Part shown: piece after piece, positions 40,931 to 53,226 of the stretch
How the letters are laid out: every line of letters begins with the position of its first letter
Position numbering within the stretch: the first letter of the stretch is position 1
DNA from: Balamuthia mandrillaris
Lineage: Eukaryota
Length of the DNA: 64,000 bases
Direction: 5' to 3'
Assembly: GCA_031835245.2 (NCBI GenBank)
Contig: JAVKOQ020000036.1
Coordinates: forward strand, 62,001-126,000
Notes under the pieces: model-generated
Databases searched by the model: none
What the model was told of the DNA's origin: nothing
Seen by the model: only the letters and a program-made list of their open reading frames with translations
Position numbers and translations under genes: made by a program

Positions 40931-43900
40931 AGAAAGGGAAGATGACATACGTCTTCCAAATCTTCAAGGAATCGCTCCGAAGTAACACCAAGATATCCTT
41001 CAGTGATGAATCTAGATTGAAGCTACAGAAAAAAAAGTAAGAAAACAAAATAAATAGATTTGAAAAACAAAAGAAAGAGCTTACAGTTTCTTGCTTATTG
41101 AGTTCAGGATCCTTGGCCCGTTTTCGAAGATACTTTCTGACGGGCTTGGAATCAAGGACCTGTTTAGCGGTGGGCAAATAGTGACGGCTGCCCAATGCTC
41201 TCGTGTTGATGGAGAGAAAGCCAAACTGCTTCTTATCCAAGAAAGCCGTCTTACAAACATCGATCGAATCTTCACCATAGCGAAACTGCGATAAAAAAGA
41301 TTAGGTTAAACGCAAGAAATAAGAGAGGAAGAAAAAAAAGAAAAGCGGGTAATTGAAAGGGCTCAGAAGAACAGAAATCAAAATGAAATATTTCATCAAT
41401 AGAACTCAGGTAATGTGGGTAAGTTCATTTGGTCATCATTGAATTGCCCAGTTGTTTTCATCAAACACCAAAAACAAAACAAAAAGAAGTACCTGAACAA
41501 CTGAATTATCACAATCTCGAACGGTTCCATCGTAGTGCACGCGCAAGTTCTCGAGATGCTTGATGAGACAACGTTGTAGGTAACCAGAACGACTAGTCTT
41601 TACGGCCGTATCGATAAGACCCTCCCTTCCGGCCATGCAATGGAAAAAGTATTCCTGTGGTCGGATGCCCGTCAAGAAGCGATCTTTGATGTAGCCTCCT
41701 GCTCTGGAAGTAGGGTCGTAGGCGTCAAAGGCCGGTAAAGTTTTACCGCTTGCCATGGCCGGACAACGTTTGCCTTCTAATTCTTGTTGACCTGTTAAAC
41801 GAAAGAAGAAGAAGAAACAATAGACAAGAGCAAAATATTAGTAAACACAACTAAAAAACGAAGACAAATAAAAAGGAGAAAGAAAGCGAAAAAGAAATTT
41901 GCAAGATTCAGAAGTAAAATAGTGATTCCGGTTTGCTGAGTATCTTCAAAAGCAGCAAATGGCTTCAGAAGAGGGAGCATGTTTCTCATCACTTTGCAAA
42001 TGAAAGAAGAACAAGACAAACGAGAAAGGCAAACTAGAAAGAGGGATGAACCTAGCAAGCAAGAGATCTGGGAAACGTTGACCATGCCTCCTTTGGCTCC
42101 GGTGAGGGTCATCATCTGGAGGTTGTTCTTGGGGAACAGTTTGAGCTGGCCATTGGGCACGCAAGCCTTGATGATGTCAGATGAGAAGGAATGGGTCATT
42201 CGCTTCATGACTCCATCCAACCCGTTTACTTCATCAGGATTGGCAGTTATGATGTCCTTCAATGTAGCCTTCAAGTCTATTCATGCAAACCAAAGAGAAG
42301 AAGTTTAGTAGTTTGGTCTACAAAAGAGATGTTCGATTGTTTTTCTTTGTGCTACGATGGCAAAAAGGATCAGTAGAACGAAAGTTATAATTTTATGTAT
42401 TTTATGGTCATGGATGGATTTACTCCCTCCTTATACCAATCATTCATCATCCTATCCTTTTTGATCCAAAGAGAGAGACGAGAGAGGAGGAGGAGAAGGG
42501 GAAGAAAAAAAAAGAGTAGCAAAGAATAACATAGAAGAGGGTGATGAAGAGTCGGTACCTGGCAAGTTACGCTCAGAACCGGCCTCCTTGCCGACGAACT
42601 TCTCTGCAACCTCTATACCTTTGTCATTCACCACAGACAACAATTTAAGTCTTTCTTGCTCAGCATGTGGCTATAAGCAAAGAAAAAGTTAAAAATTTTT
42701 CTTCAGAGGCAGGTAATAAGAGTAAAAGTACTAACAGTCAACAAAAGATCGTCCATGCCACAAGTAAAACCAGTAAATTGAAGGAACTGGGTGAACAGTC
42801 GACCGAGCGCGCTCAGCAATTGTCCCGCTTTAGTCATACCATAAAGCTCGTAACATGCCTTTGTTGTGTCGAAACAAATGTTTGTGAGTATAACTCAATT
42901 ACGATAAAAAGGAAGACAAAACAAAAGTACTCACATGAACGAGCCCGTAGGGGGATGCACCAAACTGGTTCTTGTCAAGAACACCTGTAAGCAGTTCATT
43001 GTCCCGAATGATTACCTTGCCCTCTTCTCTGTGCCCTCCCCACAACGTCTCCGGTGTTTTACACTTGCTGTCGAGATTGATTGGCGCCTCGTCCTTCAAC
43101 AGCACGTTCAACAAGTTGGTGATGATCTGCTTACCAGTCCATAGCCTTCTCGGCTTCCAAATGGCCGGTGGGACAGTGTCGATGACTACCTCAACCAGAG
43201 CTTTCTGAGTGGAGAGGTGTCGCCCAGCGCCGCTGCCAGAGGTAAAGTGATGGCAAGTGCTATAGAGGAACTGCTGGAATTCCTCTTTGGTGAAGAAAGT
43301 CTCTTTGGAGGTGATGAGTACGCCCATGACGACGTGATCTTGGATGAGACCACGAAGCGGCATGCCGTTCCTCGGCACCACGTACTGATTATCCGTCAGA
43401 GCAATGTTGTATGCCTCTGCTCGTGCCAACTCGTTCTGAGGAAAATGGACGTTCATCTCGTCTCCGTCGAAATCGGCGTTGTAGGTGTTACAGTTGGCGT
43501 AGTGCATACGAAGAGTCTTTTCAGTCTTGAGGATCTTGACCTTGTGCGCCATTATACTGGGCTTGTGAAGAGTGGGCTGACGGTTCATGAGCACAATATC
43601 TCCATCGCGGATGTGTCGATAAACCTTCTTAACACCGCCATTGGCGCGCACTGCGCGAGAGGACAAGTTGGAGACTGTACGTAACGTGTTGCTAACTGCT
43701 ATTCTGCTCTGTTTGTTGTCCTGTTTATTTCATTAGTTTTTGTGGCCTAAAGAAGTAGAATGCAGAGAGTAGAGAGAGAGAGAGAGAGGGAGAGAGAGAG
43801 AGGGAGAGAGGGAGAGGAAGAGGGAGAGATGGAGAAGACAAGTGAAAATCAGAAAGAGAAAAAGAAAGATACTTACGGCGCGAAGCATTATAAGATTGCC

Positions 43901-46454
43901 CCATTCATCTTCATAGGCGTTAGCTCCTGGATGCTTGTCCGGTCCGTTAATAACTGCTTGGCGCATTAACTTGTAGTTCCCTTCAGTTACAGGCTCCGGA
44001 TAAGTCAACTTCTTTGCAAAGTAGTTCGGAATCTGTTATAGAACAAGAACGAAAGAATGGTCAGAAAAATTCACGAGTCAACTACGAAGGAAACAAACAT
44101 AGTGAAAGAGAGGACTTACACCAATTTCATTCGTATCAATAAAGGGATCGGGCGAAATGACAGTACGAGCCGCATAGTTGACACGCTTGCCCATCATGTG
44201 CTTCCTAAATAGACCTTGCTTCTTCTCCAACAGCTGTTTAATGCCAGGCGAACTGTCAGAGGTCTTTGCCGTAGGAGTATTGTCTATCAAGTTGTTGATG
44301 GTGTATTGCAGCTCCGTCCATTTGGCAATTTGCTTTTGCAACACGTCGCCAGCCGAGGAGCCTTTGTCATCGCCGGCCTCTATTGATGCTTCTTTGCTTA
44401 AAGCTACGAGCTCGCGAGAGAGGGTGAGGGCTTTGGCCAGATGGACGTTTTGGGGATGCTCCACCGCTTGTTCTCCCAAGCGATTCAAAGGGCGAAAGCG
44501 GGTGGGGGCAACGCAAATAGCTTCCACGAAGAAGACCATCGGATCTGCTTCTCGGTGAGGAGGTAGACCACTCACTTTACATAGATGGAGGGGAAGAACG
44601 TTGAGTGTCAAGAAAAGGTATTAAGAGTAAGGAGGGTTGAGAAAAGGAAGAATCGCTATTGCAACATACCTCCACCCATCTTCACGGAACCCCAAACCAA
44701 ACGCATGATTTGATTTTCCTTCTCAAAGAGCTTAATGATGTGTGACATCACTTCAGTTGGGGGCATATACTTGTAGCCCGATGATTTGCTTGGAGCAGCA
44801 GCTTTTGTCGCAGTTTCCTCCTTGGTGGTGTTGCTCTTCGACAAAGAAGACAGAACGGCTGCCTCAGCGTCATCATACTCCTCCGTGGTTGGCTTTGTGG
44901 GTTCTTCTGTGTCGCTATCCTCGTCATCGTCGTCTTCGCTGTCCGAATCAGCTGTGGAGGACTTGTTGTTGCTGGGTCCTCCTTTCTCCATGATGTTGGG
45001 CATGATCTCCTTGGCTTTGCCTCCAGTCTTAAGCCGGTTGATCCGCTTGGAACTTTGGGAAAGGGGTTGTTTGAAGATTTTCACTTTTGTCTCTGAGCGT
45101 AATGCTGGACTCCGCCTATAGATTGTGTTGTTGGATACTTGCGTTAGCAATTATATTCAAAAATAAAGAAAGAAGAAAGTACTTTTCACAGTTTTCGCAG
45201 GACCTAGGAGGCGCTTTTAGCATAAAAGCGTCAATCGCTTGTGTGCGTAGCTGTTGTGTGAACATAACCTTCTCTTCAAAGAGATGTGTTGTGATGACTG
45301 TTTTCAACGAACATAACAAAAAAATAGGTCAAACATTGAACAGAACACAAGCACGAGAGAGAGAGAGAGCAAAGAAGAGGTGATGACAAAGAAAGATTCA
45401 GAAGAACAGAAATCAAACTCATCAATAAAGTTTGTTCAGGTAATGTGGGTAAGTTGAATTTTTTGGTCATCATATTGTTTCTACTTTATCACCTCCAGCA
45501 CGAACATAAACGAATAAAAAACCAAAAAATGAAGAAAAATACAAGAGATGGAGAGAGAGAAACGTACTTTGGTTGCTCTTCAAAAGCGCATTATACTCCT
45601 CTTCTTTTCTCTGGCAGTCCTCAATGGTTTGCCTCATGTACTCCTTAACCTCTGCCCTCCGCAGCTTCACGCTCTCCGGCAAGGAGGCATACTCCGGCTT
45701 ACTCTCCTTGCGGCGCAGCCGCTCCAGCTCAAAACGGCACCACGCCACATGGGCGCTGAGAGGGCGCAAGGAGAGGGCCTCTTCCACGCGCCCCGCGTCC
45801 AGCAGCGTCAAAAACTTGCTCAGCTGCAGCAGCTTTTGGGTATGCACGCGAAAGTGGTGGCAGTGGAAGCATTTGGAGCGGAGGAGACGCAGGAGCACGC
45901 TAAAGAGAATGGGGTTGTAGACCGGCACTGCCAGCTCTATGTGGCCCATATGGCCGGGACAGTCTCTCTCCGAGAGGCCGCATGTCACACAACTACACAA
46001 CGATAAAGACACCGAATCGGATGAGCAACGCGTGTAAAAAGTATAAAAACAGAAGAGAGAGAGAGAGAGAGAGAGAAAGAAAAATAAATCTGCAAGATTC
46101 AGAAGTAAAATAGTGATTCCGGTTTGCTGAGTATCTTCAAAAGCAACAGATGGCTTCAGAAGAGGGAGCATGTTTCTCATCACTTTGCAGAAAAAAAATC
46201 AAGAGCAAAAGAGAGCGATAGAAGAGGGCGATGAGCGAGCGAAAAAAAAAGCAAACAAAAAAATACCTGCCGAATTTGTCGAGCGGACCGAGAACGGGAT
46301 CGTAGAGGCCGTTCTCGACGGCGTTGCCGAGCACGTCGAGGGAGACAGGTTCGGTGATCTTCTTCACGCTGAGCCGACGGATTTCATCGGCGGTGTAAAA
46401 GCCGAACGCGGTGGAAACGATCTCCTTTCCGATGACGCGATTTTTCAGGCTCAT
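38464..46454 (-). CDS. RPA1: RNA polymerase I largest subunit, multi-exon; snoRNA host
   Basis: [107 protein letters not shown] and MSFETT (Pol I-type signatures). Confidence 0.95.
40078..40171 (-). ncRNA. Intronic box C/D snoRNA, family 2 (SNORD34/snR62-like, double guide)
   Basis: ATGATGA...AACTTACCCACATTAC-CTGA...TTGATGA...TGATTTCTGTTCTT-CTGA with terminal stem ATAGTT/AACTAT. Confidence 0.88.
41347..41449 (-). ncRNA. Intronic box C/D snoRNA, family 2
   Basis: Same boxes and both guides conserved; different flanking stem. Confidence 0.87.
41897..42001 (-). ncRNA. Intronic box C/D snoRNA, family 1
   Basis: Canonical boxes; terminal stem ATTTGCAA/TTGCAAAT, compensatory relative to the other copies. 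Confidence 0.88.
42362..42462 (-). ncRNA. Intronic box C/D snoRNA, SNORD59/snR54-like
   Basis: ATGATGA C box; guide AACTTTCGTTCT-A-CTGA complementary to conserved 18S AGAACGAAAGUU; terminal stem AAAAAGGAT/ATCCTTTTT. Confidence 0.85.
45393..45478 (-). ncRNA. Intronic box C/D snoRNA, family 2
   Basis: Same C, D', C' and D boxes and both guides. Confidence 0.87.
46089..46191 (-). ncRNA. Intronic box C/D snoRNA, family 1 (RPA1 first intron)
   Basis: Canonical boxes and stem TCTGCAA/TTGCAGA. Confidence 0.88.
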
Positions 46455-46716
46455 GGTGGCGGTAGTTGTGTGTGTGATTTTAAAAAAAATGATAATTATG
46501 CACAAAAAAAATAAATAGGTGAAAATAAATAAAGAGGGATGCGGGAAAGGACAAAGGAGCGAGGGATGGAATGTAATCTCCGGTCACTCACCCAAAGTCC
46601 TTTTACAAGCGAATAACGCTCCGCACGGTGTGTGTGTTTCGCTGTTGCAACAGTAAAAAAAAAAAGCGTTTCTTTGCTCTTTATTTCTTCTTTTCTTTTG
46701 CTTTGTGTTTTTTTTT

Positions 46717-46977
46717 GGGTAGACACCGAGTCGGAGATACGATAAGGGGAATATCCCCTGCTAAAGGCGTCTATACAGAACCTGAGCATTTGCTCTGGAC
46801 AAAATTTTCCCTCCCTGCGATGCTCGAGAACCGGTGTAATGACCCCTCAACCGCGGAGGAATTCTCGCCCATTTCTCATATTCCCCCTGCGCTTCGGATG
46901 GCTCCAGCCTTCATGCCGCCCGACCGCTGCCATCCGGACACATGGGATCCGGCTTGCTCCCCCACCAGTGTCCACAC
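46717..46977 (-). ncRNA. Unidentified GC-rich structured element, candidate ncRNA
   Basis: Minus-strand 5' GUGGACACUG pairs with 3' CGGUGUCUAC (G-U pairs favour this strand); several internal hairpins; AT-rich flanks. Confidence 0.4.
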
Positions 46978-47016
46978 GAAATATGTATTTTTTGTCGACG
47001 CAGAGGTCTTGCAAAC

Positions 47017-47024
47017 TATAAATA
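47017..47024 (+). promoter_or_regulatory. TATA-box-like TATAAATA in the RPA1/RPB2 divergent spacer
   Basis: Consensus match about 310 bp upstream of the RPB2 ATG. Confidence 0.35.
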
Positions 47025-47329
47025 GGGAAGCTTCCCACAACGAAAAAAATTCATTTGGTCTTTTTCTCTCTGCAAAGAAGAGAGAGAAGCAAAGCAAAAA
47101 GGGGGAAGAAGAAGCCAAGTCGACTCTCTCTCTCTCTCTCTCTTTCTTTGCTTTGTGTGTGTGTCCCATTTCTTCTCTTTTGTCTTTTCGGCCCTCAAAA
47201 GAGAAAAAAAAAAAACAAAAGAGTAGTGGTCAGATCATCATCATCATCAGGAAACAAAAAAACAAAAGTAGAGAAAGGGGGGAAACACACTCACTCAACT
47301 CACGCATACACAACCACACACGTCACACG

Positions 47330-50300
47330 ATGGCGATGGATCTTGATCCGACGCAAGCCCATGAATACATGGGTGATGAGGGTATGCTGCTTTTTTTGAC
47401 CCTTTAGTTTTTTCAATCACTCACTCACTGTCAAAATAACATTTATTCCACAGTGGACGAAATGAGGGAAGAGGAAGATGAAGAGGATGAGATCGAGCAG
47501 GAGGACACGTGGGCTGTGATCAGTGCATACTTTGAGGAGAAGGGTCTGGTCCGGCAGCAGCTGGACTCGTTCGACTCCTTCATCGTCTACACGCTGCAAG
47601 AGCTGATCGGCGAGACGCCTGACCTCGTTGTCAACCCTGAAGCTCAGTACAAGCCCGGACAAGTCGCACAAACCCAGGTTTGTGTTTTTTCTCACCTCGT
47701 CTCGCTCTTCTTTGCCTTGTTCTTCTCGCTTCTGTGGCCTTTCTTTTTTTTCTTTACGCTTCTCTTCCATAACTTTACTCCATTCTCCTTTCTGATGATG
47801 GACTGTTCTAACTTTCATCAAAACAACAGACCAGTCACATTATCCATTTCGGACAAATCTATCTCAGCAAACCGACCATCGAGGAGGCGGATGGCTCCAC
47901 CTTGCCTCTCTCTCCCAATGAGGCGCGCCTGCGTAACCTCACTTACGCTGCCCCTCTCTACGTGGACATCACGCGAACCACCCTCACCGTCGCCGGTGAT
48001 GCTGATGACGCCGACCAGGTGCAAAAACGGGAGGAAACCATTCGCACACACATCGGCAAAGTGCCAGTTATGTTGCGCTCCCAGTACTGCATGTTGTATG
48101 GCATGTCTGACAAAGAGCTCACGGAGTTGGGGGAATGTCCCTACGACCAGGGCGGCTACTTTGTCATCAACGGCGGTGAGAAGGTGCTGATTGCGCAGGA
48201 GAAGATGAGCCACAACCACGTCTATGTCTTCAAGAAGGCCCCTCCCTCCAAATACGCCTACGTGGCGGAGATTCGCTCCTGCCTCGAGACGGGCAACCGC
48301 CCCACCAGCACAATGTACGTCAAGATGTTGGCTAAGACTGGTGTGAAAGGCTCCACCGGACAAACCATCAAAGCCACCATCCCCTACATTCGCTCCGACG
48401 TGCCCATCATTGTAGTCTTTCGAGCCTTGAACTTTGTGGCTGACCGAGATATCCTGGAACACATCGTCTACGACCTCAACAACAACACAGACATGATGGA
48501 GCTACTGCGGCCATCTTTGGAAGAAGCCTTTGTCATCCAGGACCAGAACGTGGCGCTGGACTACATCGGTAAGCGAGGCACCACCGTTGGCGCCACCCGA
48601 GAGAAACGTATCAAGTACGCCAAAGAGATCCTTCAGAAGGAGATGTTGCCACACGTCGGTATCAACCCCTTTTGCGAGACCAAGAAGGCCTACTTCTTTG
48701 GCTACATGATCCATCGCCTCTTGTTGGCCGCTTTGGGCAGGCGGCCGCTCGACGATCGAGACCACTACGGCAACAAACGGTTGGACCTGGCAGGTCCGCT
48801 GTTGGCCACGCTTTTTAGGCAGCTGTTCAAGAAGCTGACCAAGGACGTGCGCATCATGCTGCAGAAGGAGGTGGACAGAGGCAGCGATTTCAGCATCTCT
48901 AAGGCTGTTCGGCATCATACCATGTACGATTCTTTCTTTCTCGTTCCTTTCTCTTTCTGCTTTCTTGTTCTTTCTCCTTCGTTTTATTATTCTCATTCTT
49001 CTAACAAACCGAACGATAACAGCACAAACGGATTGAAGTACTCCTTAGCAACGGGCAATTGGGCTTCCACCCGCTCCGCCTCCGCCAAGTCGGGCGTCTC
49101 CCAGGTGCTGAATCGTCTTACTTTCGCCTCCACCCTCTCCCATTTGCGTCGCCTCAACACACCGATCGGACGGGAGGGCAAGCTGGCCAAGCCACGTCAG
49201 CTCCACAATACCCACTGGGGCATGGTCTGCCCAGCAGAGACGCCCGAGGGGCAAGCCTGTGGTCTCGTCAAGAATCTCGCCCTCATGGCTTACATTTCCG
49301 TCGGCTCCCCTTCGGCTCCTATTCTGGAGTTTCTCGAGGAGTGGGAGACAGAGAATTTGGAGGAGATTGGACCGTCTAACATTGGCGAGTCCAACTCTAC
49401 AAAGGTATTCGTGAACGGCGCGTGGATTGGCATCAATCGACAGCCACGTCGTCTGGTGAGTATCCTGCAGTCGTTGCGGCGCTGCCTGGACGTCAGTGCT
49501 GAGGTCAGCGTGGTGAGAGATATAAGGGAACAGGAGCTGCGGCTCTACACAGACGCTGGGCGGTGTTGCAGGCCGTTGTTTGTGGTGGAGAATCAGAGGC
49601 TCATGCTGAAGCGATCACATATCGAGGAGTTGCAAAAGGTATCTTCTTGTTTCTTTTCTCTTTTTCTCTCTTTTTTATTTTGAGTTTATTAACACTCTTG
49701 GAACAAAAGTTCAATGAAGATGAACGAGAATTCGGATGGACCCAACTGGTAGCCGGCGGTTTCGTGGAATACATCGACACCGAAGAAGAAGAAACCGTCA
49801 TGATTGCCATGACCATCAACGATCTCCGTAACTCCCGCGCCCTTCAACAACAAAGCGCAAGTGGAGGTGGACATAGCGAAGCCTATTGTCACACTTACAC
49901 GCACTGCGAGATTCATCCTTCGATGATTTTGGGCATTTGTGCCTCCATCATTCCCTTTCCCGACCACAACCAGTCCCCTAGGAACACCTATCAGAGCGCT
50001 ATGGGCAAGCAGGCCATGGGCGTCTATGCCACGAATTTCCAGTTCCGCATGGACACGATGGCGCTGGTGCTGTGGTATCCCCAGAAGCCGCTTATCACGA
50101 CACACGCTATGGAGCACTTGCATTTCAGGAAATTGCCCTCGGGAGAGAATGCTATAGTAGCAATAGCGTGCTACAGCGGTTACAATCAGGAGGACTCGGT
50201 GATTATGAACCAAAGTGCGATTGATAGAGGATTGTTTAGATCGACGGTTTATCGGGCTTATACTGAGTCCGAGAAACGTGGAGTACGATTCTTCTTTCTC

Positions 50301-51438
50301 TCTCCTTCATTTATAAATTCTGACCAACGTTATCGACAACAGATAATGTCAGCAACTGAAGAGTTTGGCATTCCGGTCAGAGACGACACAGTTGGCATGA
50401 AGCACGGCTCCTATGACAAACTCGAGGAGGACGGCCTGGTCGCTCCCGGCACTCGTATGTCCGGCGATGACGTTCTCATCGGCAAGACCACTCCGTTGCC
50501 CGCTCAGGAAGATGAGCAACGCACACAAAAGTTTAGCAAGAAGGACACGAGCACCTGTCTGCGTAGCGCGGAGACGGGCATCGTGGACAAGGTCATGATC
50601 ACCACCAATGCTGATGGCTATAGATTCACAAAGATTCGGTACGCTTTTTTTTCCTCTGTTTTTTTTGTTTCTTCCTATCTTTCTTTTCGTTTTTTTCTCT
50701 TTTTCTGATTCATTTCGAACAATAGAATGCGTTCAATGAGAACTCCTCAAATCGGAGACAAGTTCAGCAGTCGTCACGGCCAAAAGGGTACCATCGGTAT
50801 GACCTACCGTCAGGAGGACATGCCTTGGACGGTCGAGGGCATTACTCCCGACATCATCGTCAACCCACACGCCATTCCCAGTCGTATGACCATCGGCCAG
50901 CTGATCGAGTGCTTGATGGGCAAAGTCTCCGCCACGACGGGCGAGGAGGGAGACGCCACGCCGTTCACGGATGTGACGGTGGAGAGCATCTCGCAGGCGC
51001 TGCATCGCTGCGGCTATCAGATGCGGGGCAATGAGGTCATGTACAATGGACATACGGGACGGAAGCTGGAGGCGCAGATATTTATTGGCCCGACGTATTA
51101 TCAGAGGTTGAAGCACATGGTCGATGACAAGGTCTGCTAGCACACTTTTTTTTGTTCTCTCTCTCTTTCTCTCTCTCTCTCTCTTTCACTCTTCGCTTTA
51201 CTAACAGACAAACACAACATCAGATTCATTCGAGAGCGAGAGGACCGGTGCAGATCCTGACGAGGCAGCCGGTGGAGGGAAGAAGCAGAGATGGTGGTCT
51301 TCGTTTCGGAGAGATGGAGCGCGATTGTATGATTTCCCATGGTGCTGCTCAATTCTTGAAGGTTCGTGTTTTTCTTATCTTTCTTTTTCTCTTCTTGCAT
51401 TCTCTTTTTTTAATATTGTATTTTCTTCCTTTCAATTA

Positions 51439-51485
<47 letters not shown>

Positions 51486-51705
51486 AAATCATTAGGAACG
51501 GTTATACGATCAATCGGATGCTTATCGCGTGCATGTGTGCAATTTATGTGGCTTGATGGCCATCGCAAACCTGAGGAAAGGCACCTTTGAGTGCCGTCGA
51601 TGCCGCAACAAGACGCAGATCTCGCAAGTGCACATCCCCTACGCCTGTAAACTTTTGTTCCACGAGCTCATGAGCATGAGCATCGCCCCTCGCATGATAG
51701 TCTGA
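47330..51705 (+). CDS. RPB2: RNA polymerase II second-largest subunit, multi-exon
   Basis: [74 protein letters not shown] and [16 protein letters not shown]. Confidence 0.96.
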
Positions 51706-51927
51706 GCCTTCCTTGTTCCTTTCTTCTTTTCTCTTTTCCAAATGAACAAAAAAAAAAATAGTTTTGTAAAACACCAAAAAAAAACGATAACTTTTTTTGT
51801 TTTGCTAAAACACAGAAAAATATTTATGAAAATATGAACTTAAAAATAAATAATTGCTTGGCATGTGAATTATTGAACTTTTTCGAATACACAAAAAAAT
51901 ATTGACAAAAATGATAAATAAATATCG

Positions 51928-53178
51928 TTACGAAGAAGAAGCAGAGGAGGAGGAAGACGAAAGAAAAAGACCAGCAAAGGCCTCCTCCAAAGCTCTCTTC
52001 TTGGGAATATCGGGACGGAATCCTCCCGCTCTCGCCGCCTTGACTTCCTTTTGTTTCCTCGCTTGCATAGAAGCTGGTGAAAGAGGAACTGTCGTTGAAG
52101 AAGCAGCAGCAGCCGAAGAAGAGGCAAAAGAACGAGCAGCAGCCGCCAACACAGGTTTGGGTTGCACAAAAGTTGGATGAAAGTTTTGTGGCACGTAAGA
52201 AAAGTTTGTGGCGGCGGGCGTTGGTCGTGAAGGAGGAGGCAAGGCCACCGGGGTGGCTTCCGGCAGGGTGACTGTTGCGCCCGTTGCATTGCGTTGTCTC
52301 TTGTTGATGTTCCTTTGGTGCTCTTCTTTCCTCTCTTTCTCCTTCTCCTTTTGCTTTTGTTTCTCCTCCTCCGCTTTGAGCTGGGCGGGAGTGAGAGTGC
52401 CCTTGGCGAGGCCGTCCAAAAGCTGTTCGCGCCGTTTACGACGTTCCTCCAAGGCGCGTTGCTCTTCCTCCAGGTAGGTTTGTTGGCGGTTGAGATGGCC
52501 GCGCTCTTCCTCCGCTAAAAGTGTTGCCAGCTTTCTGTCTTCTTCTGCCTTTTTGTGTTTGAGAAAAGAAAGCGTACAGTAAAAGAAAGAAAGAAAGAAA
52601 GACAGAAACGACAAGAAAGAAAAAAATTAGAAAGAGACGACAGGAGAGAAAAGAAGAGATGCGGAGAAAAAGAAACCTTTTTGGATTGGTTTCGTATGAT
52701 GAGGTCTTGATTTTCTTCTCGATAGCGTTGAATCTTTGCATTTGTGGCATCCACGTCGATGTTGTTTGCTAGGTTGAAAACTTTAAAGAAGAGCGTAAGA
52801 AAGTGCAAACAAAACAAAAACACAATGAGCAAAAGAAACGTACTGATATCTTCAACTTCTTCGAGGTAGTCATTGTAGTCCTTTAGCGTTGGAAAGTCCT
52901 CTGGTCGTTTGTTATATCTGCCATTGGTCAGGAAAAAAATACAACGGGAGAGAATGAAAGAGAAGGAAGGAAAAGCAAGACTCGCCAACAAGAGAAAATA
53001 GAACAGGAGAAGAGCATACAAGAAGACAAGCGAAAGGCAAACTAAAGAGAGGAGAGGAAGAGCGAACAGAGAACAGAGAAGAAAGAAAGGAACGGAGAAC
53101 AAAGAACGAGGAACAGAGAAGAGAACAGAGAACAGAGAACAGAAGAAAGAAGAGAGAACAGAGAGAGAGAGAGGGAGG

Positions 53179-53226
<48 letters not shown>

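Noticed and set aside
46717..46977. Assignment of the structured element as RNase P/MRP, SRP, U3 or telomerase RNA
   Set aside because: Required conserved motifs (CR-I/CR-V P4 pairing, SRP helix 8, U3 boxes, CUAACCCU template) were not found, so it is left unidentified.
47791..47822. TGATGA in an RPB2 intron as a possible C box
   Set aside because: No downstream D box before the 3' splice site; only a small local hairpin.
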